Positions 59,652 to 64,000 of a stretch of 64,000 nucleotides of DNA are shown here, piece after piece. Source of the stretch: a bacterium. Its GTDB lineage: Bacteria; SAR324; NAC60-12. The notes beneath the pieces are model-generated. The model made no database searches and was not told where the DNA came from. It saw only the letters and a list, made by a program, of their open reading frames with translations. The stretch lies in NCBI GenBank assembly GCA_965209155.1, contig OZ242383.1, positions 2,336,001 to 2,400,000 on the forward strand. Direction: 5' to 3'. Every line of letters begins with the position of its first letter. Position 1 is the first letter of the stretch. The position numbers were made by a program, and so were the translations under genes.

Positions 59652-61031
59652 ATGAAAATCCGTCAAATTATGAGAATAACGATCTTGTTGCTGTGGGCTG
59701 TCACGACATCCCATCTCATTTGGGCTCTCACCCCCACGTCATCAATGGTATTCCCCCTGACAAAGGGAGAGCAGGCCGCAAGACTCAGGGGGATTGCCGG
59801 TGCGGAGGTCACTCGCAAGCTCTTTCCACTTTCGGTAGAAACGATCGAACCAAAGTTCTATTACCAACGCAATTATCGCCTCCCTTGGATTAAAGCAACC
59901 CTCAATCAACGGATACTGCTGGCGGAAAAGATTGGTGAACAAGGCCGCGCCAGGTTTGCTGCGGAACGGGGTTGGATTAAAATACTCGGGTCACGGAATC
60001 GTGGTATCCATCAAGGCCCGGACTCCGTCTATTGGGATCAACGATCAGGTCGACTCCGCGTGCTGGAAGCGAAAGGAGGAACTTCCCCACTCAAATGGAC
60101 TTTCAATAGCCGGCAGGGTACGAATTTAAATGCGATCAAGTCAGCAGAACGAGTTCTTCAATCATCAAAAGCAACCTATACGGCAAAAGTTGCGGCTGCT
60201 CGCGCAATTGTGGCCGCTCAGCAGGGTCGACTCGTTACTGGCGTAGTCAGTACTCCTCACGTATTAGGCGCTCCGCGTAACCCAGAGCTTTTAGGAGAGT
60301 GGAATCACTCAAACGTGAGAAAAGAGGCAATCGACATAGAACAGGAAATAATCCGCAAAAAGCCCGATTCACGAACAATCTTCCGGCATGCGCATAAGGA
60401 GCAATCATTCGCCATGCTGAAATACCGGGCGCCTCGGAGTCTGGCGATCATTGGATTTGCAGGAACCTTGGGATTGGGTTGGGATGCCTACCAGCAGTCA
60501 CAGACTGCCTGGTCCATCATCAATGATCCTGCCCTGACAGGAACCGTTCTAACCTACATGCAGACTGGCATGGATTTCGGTAGTATGACGCAGGCAACCG
60601 CTCAACCTGGTATTTTGAGGTTCTCCAAGTGGGGAGTCAGTAAGCTTGCCGGCATAATGTTTCTACCAGTCACCCTCGGAGTAGAGGGATTACAATTTGC
60701 CACAGACTATCATGAATATAATTTAGGTCGTATCAGCCAACGTGATCTCTATCGAAGAACCGCCAGTCCGGCAATCATTATGATTTTTACAGTTGGAGGA
60801 GGCATAGTTGGCGGGATTATTGGAATGCAAGCAGGTGGGATCGCAGCAATACCAGCTGCCATCGCCGGTGCCAATTACGGCGCATACGCAGCAATTCCCG
60901 TTTACTTGGCCGCCGTTTATATGTTGGACTGGTACTACCGTGAGTTCGATGAACATCAACGTCTGGCTGTTAATGAGGCAGTTGAAAAATGCTATGAGGT
61001 TGAAAATTGTCCAAAGGAGCCGGATCTCTAA
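59652..61031 (+). CDS. Exported protein with PD-(D/E)xK (REase-fold) nuclease domain and C-terminal hydrophobic Gly-rich helices
   Basis: Signal-like N-terminus; IGE...QGPDSVY...VLEAKGG.S.L...QGT; GGGIVGGIIG...AIAGANYG. Confidence 0.65.
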   Translation: MKIRQIMRITILLLWAVTTSHLIWALTPTSSMVFPLTKGEQAARLRGIAGAEVTRKLFPLSVETIEPKFYYQRNYRLPWIKATLNQRILLAEKIGEQGRARFAAERGWIKILGSRNRGIHQGPDSVYWDQRSGRLRVLEAKGGTSPLKWTFNSRQGTNLNAIKSAERVLQSSKATYTAKVAAARAIVAAQQGRLVTGVVSTPHVLGAPRNPELLGEWNHSNVRKEAIDIEQEIIRKKPDSRTIFRHAHKEQSFAMLKYRAPRSLAIIGFAGTLGLGWDAYQQSQTAWSIINDPALTGTVLTYMQTGMDFGSMTQATAQPGILRFSKWGVSKLAGIMFLPVTLGVEGLQFATDYHEYNLGRISQRDLYRRTASPAIIMIFTVGGGIVGGIIGMQAGGIAAIPAAIAGANYGAYAAIPVYLAAVYMLDWYYREFDEHQRLAVNEAVEKCYEVENCPKEPDL

Positions 61032-61154
61032 GTCGATTTTAATTACACCCACGTTATCGGAGCAATTTGAAATTGCATGCAAATGATAGTAGAGTCATTA
61101 GAGTTTCTTCTGTATCCGGAAAGCTTTTTCAGACTCTCAAGCATATGAAAGATT

Positions 61155-61625
61155 ATGAAAACCGATCTCAAAGTCATAAACTACTTAAACCAAATCCTTG
61201 CCAACGAACTCACGGCAATCAATCAATATTTCTTGCATGCTCGCATGTTTAAAAATTGGGGTTTTAATAAACTCAACGAATATGAATTCCACGAATCGGT
61301 CGATGAAATGAAACATGCTGATAAGTTGATTGAACGAATTCTTTTTCTCGAAGGACTACCCAACCTTCAAGATCTTCACAAGTTGCGGATTGGAGAAAAC
61401 GTCCCTGAAATGCTGAAATGTGATTTGACTTTGGAAATGGCTTCCCATCCTGTAGTTCAAGAAGCGATCGCTTACTGTGAAAAAGTAGGAGATTATATTT
61501 CCAGGGAGCTATTGGAGGATATTTTGGAGAATGAAGAAGAGCACATTGACTGGCTGGAGACCCAGATTGAATTGATTGAGAAAGTCGGTTTGCAAAATTA
61601 CCTGCAAGAACAGATGAATGGCTGA
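61155..61625 (+). CDS. bfr: Bacterioferritin
   Basis: [27 protein letters not shown]. Confidence 0.97.
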   Translation: MKTDLKVINYLNQILANELTAINQYFLHARMFKNWGFNKLNEYEFHESVDEMKHADKLIERILFLEGLPNLQDLHKLRIGENVPEMLKCDLTLEMASHPVVQEAIAYCEKVGDYISRELLEDILENEEEHIDWLETQIELIEKVGLQNYLQEQMNG

Positions 61626-61655
61626 ATTACTACCAGTTCAAATCACGACAAATTC

Positions 61656-61829
61656 TTAATTGATCTTTTTCTTACATTGTTGCAACAGATCTTCTGCATA
61701 TTCATGACATCTGCCGCACTGAATGGCAACTCCCAATCGGGCATTCAGAGCTGGCATCGTACTCATTCCTTCGCGAACTGCCTTTCGAATTTGTTGTTCC
61801 GTAATGTTTCTGCACAAACAAACAATCAT
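61656..61829 (-). CDS. bfd: Bacterioferritin-associated ferredoxin (57 aa, below ORF-track cutoff)
   Basis: MIVCLCRNITEQQIR...GVAIQCGRC. Confidence 0.9.
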   Translation of the reverse strand: MIVCLCRNITEQQIRKAVREGMSTMPALNARLGVAIQCGRCHEYAEDLLQQCKKKIN

Positions 61830-61867
61830 ATGCTTAAATTCCTATCTCAGGTCCATTTTCCCTGATG

Positions 61868-62020
61868 TCATCTTTGAAACCCATCGGTCGTTTTTTGGGA
61901 TGACTTGGGCGAGTCCATTGTGTCCAGTGGATTCTTTGCCAATATGAGTATAATGGCGATGATCAGTAGAAGCGCAATGGTATAACTCCGATCTATGATC
62001 AATTTCGTTCTTGCTTTCAT
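61868..62020 (-). CDS. 50-aa single-TM small protein upstream of bfd
   Basis: GAGG RBS; MKARTKLIIDRSYTIALLLIIAIILILAKNP... Confidence 0.5.
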   Translation of the reverse strand: MKARTKLIIDRSYTIALLLIIAIILILAKNPLDTMDSPKSSQKTTDGFQR

Positions 62021-62232
62021 ACGCCTCAAAGATAATTTTGATTTTTTATAAACGTAATTTTATTTTAGCATATACGAAATAAAATAATAAGTACAATAGA
62101 ATTTGTCAATATATTTTTAAAGTTTGCAGGTAAGATCAGGAATCAGACCATCCAATTTCGCAAGAATATCTTCTTAAATTTCGAGGACTACGACAAATGG
62201 ACCTATTCGGAATGAATCTTAACCCGATTCAA

Positions 62233-62838
62233 CTATTTCCAATGCCAATCAGGAAGGTCTTTGCCAGCTTCCCATAAGATTTCTGTTTCTCCCAAGGTAC
62301 TGCTGACCCAGCGACCGAAGACAAACAAGGCGTCAGAGAGACGATTGAGGTAAGGAACGATAGCATCGCCGATTTCTTCATCTAAGCGAAGACGAAGTAC
62401 TTCTCGTTCAGCGCGCCTGCAGACGGTACGGGCTTGGTGAAGGAAGGCATTGAGGGGACTGCCTCCAGGTAGAATAAAACTGGTCAACGGGGAAAGTTCG
62501 TCATTCATGGCATCAATAACTGCTTCGAGCCATTCAATGTCTTTTTGCTTGACTTGAACCTGTCCCTCATATTCGTCGCCGGGCAGAGTTGCCAGTTGGG
62601 AGCCGACATCAAAGAGCTTTTGCTGGATTGCTTGTAATATAACCTCAAACTTTTCCCTTCGTTTGGATGGTTCTTTTTTGCTGTTGAAGCTTCGGACAAT
62701 TCCTAAAACGCTCATCAGTTCATCAATCGTGCCATAGGCTTCAATTCGGGAGTGGGTTTTGGGGATTCGTTTTCCTCCCACCAAACCAGTCTCTCCTCGA
62801 TCTCCGGTCTTTGTATATACTTTTGTGATACGAACCAT
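62233..62838 (-). CDS. pduO: ATP:cob(I)alamin adenosyltransferase
   Basis: VYTKTGDRGET, AYGTIDEL, RTVCRRAER, YLNRLSD. Confidence 0.93.
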   Translation of the reverse strand: MVRITKVYTKTGDRGETGLVGGKRIPKTHSRIEAYGTIDELMSVLGIVRSFNSKKEPSKRREKFEVILQAIQQKLFDVGSQLATLPGDEYEGQVQVKQKDIEWLEAVIDAMNDELSPLTSFILPGGSPLNAFLHQARTVCRRAEREVLRLRLDEEIGDAIVPYLNRLSDALFVFGRWVSSTLGETEILWEAGKDLPDWHWK

Positions 62839-63063
62839 ATGAATTGATTCAATTTCGTATGTTAATTTAGCGATGGGTCGACTTTAATGTCCAGTACAGA
62901 ATGTTGTTGAGAAAGAAAAGCTAAAGAGTAACTACAACTTGTAATGAACTGATCGCAAAAGACAGAATAACGGAGACAGAGAAAATTCTTCCCTCGATTA
63001 TTCCTTAGTCGGACATTTGAAAAAAATCAGTTTTAGATTACTGTTAAATTTTCTGAAATAATA

Positions 63064-64000
63064 ATGAAAATTGTCATTCGTACGCCAAACTGGCTTGGGG
63101 ATTTAATGATGTCTACCGCATTTATCCATGCGGTTATGGACCAACACCCACATGCCCGGGTTGACTTGATCGTCAAGGTTGGATATGAGCAGATTCCCCT
63201 ACCCCACCGGGGACAAATGCTGGTTTATGACAAAAAGCGACAACCGGCAGGGAGTTTTGGACTTTCCTTAAAAAAAGAGGGTTACGACCGTTTTTATGTC
63301 TTGCCTTCCAGTTTCTCCTCAGCATGGATGGCGTTCTGTAGCAGGGTTCCGGAACGAATTGGTTATGGTGGCATATTTCGCAGAGTATTGTTGCATCCTG
63401 CGCAATCTTATAAACGTCCTCCGCGCACTCGGCACCTGGTTGAGGAATATGTGGATCTTTTGCAATATCAGACTGGTACAAAACCCATCCCAGCCAATAA
63501 AATTTTTCCTCGACTGTACGTCTCCCCTGAATGGATTGAAAAACAGCTGGTAGAAATCAGTAAAGATTTGCCTGAAAATTACGTTGTTTTTGCTATGGGA
63601 ACGATTTACGGACCTGCCAAACAATGGCCTGTCGAATATTATCGAAAACTCGCCAAACAATTGGTGAAGATTGGATATCCCCTCTTGCTTCTTGGTACAA
63701 AAGCAGATCATGAAGACGGCGAAAGAATCTCTAAGGCAAGCCATTCCATCCGAAATTGGTGCGGAAAGACTTCACTGACTGAACTCATCGCTCTCCTTGC
63801 CCGTGCTCGTTTATTAATTTCCAACGATTCCGGCAGCATGCATATCATGACGGCACTGCAACGTCCACAAATTGCGATTTTTGGTTCCACATGCCCGACC
63901 TGGACCGGTCCATTGAACCCTGAGGCAAACGTTTTCTATCAATCTTTACATTGCTCACCCTGTTTTCAGCGTCAATGCCGCTTCGGTCATTACAATTGTC
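63064..64000 (+). CDS. waaF: Lipopolysaccharide heptosyltransferase II (GT9), runs off the window edge
   Basis: MKIVIRTPNWLGDLMMS, YGPAKQWP, SNDSGSMH, IFGST. Confidence 0.88.
   Translation, partial: MKIVIRTPNWLGDLMMSTAFIHAVMDQHPHARVDLIVKVGYEQIPLPHRGQMLVYDKKRQPAGSFGLSLKKEGYDRFYVLPSSFSSAWMAFCSRVPERIGYGGIFRRVLLHPAQSYKRPPRTRHLVEEYVDLLQYQTGTKPIPANKIFPRLYVSPEWIEKQLVEISKDLPENYVVFAMGTIYGPAKQWPVEYYRKLAKQLVKIGYPLLLLGTKADHEDGERISKASHSIRNWCGKTSLTELIALLARARLLISNDSGSMHIMTALQRPQIAIFGSTCPTWTGPLNPEANVFYQSLHCSPCFQRQCRFGHYNC

Noticed and set aside
61082..61099. Fur box upstream of bfr (aatga-N8-tcatt)
   Set aside because: Spacing is one base short of the 7-1-7 Fur consensus and the core is poorly matched

Overview
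Chromosomal segment of a Gram-negative bacterium (waaF present). By eye it has a moderately AT-rich backbone interrupted by clearly GC-richer acquired genes. Core or metabolic blocks: radical SAM-rsfS-murB-ftsQ-like-tRNA-Gly-tRNA-fMet, ubiE, mmsA, a three-gene cytoplasmic NAD-linked formate dehydrogenase, an aapJJQMP amino-acid ABC transporter, an FAD-linked D-lactate dehydrogenase-like oxidase, bfr/bfd, pduO and waaF. These alternate with eroded accessory regions. The accessory regions hold a catabolic SDR/ThDP/ADC/CitE cluster, IS1634 and single-ORF IS66 remnants, several MITE/REP families, many toxin-antitoxin modules (toxins mostly broken), a decayed integron (intI stub, attI, three cassettes with attC sites) and spliced gene fragments. 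Most notable: (1) a two-gene operon encoding a coiled-coil lipoprotein and a signal-peptide-bearing PD-(D/E)xK nuclease with a C-terminal hydrophobic Gly-rich hairpin; (2) a duplicated promoter/leader cassette, once bracketed by IS66 ends, upstream of two unrelated GC-rich solute-binding-protein genes, each with stacked RBS/start stubs; (3) a nested MITE > IS200-like ends > inverted-repeat-flanked four-helix-bundle element. All family calls come from motif recognition by eye; no database search was run.
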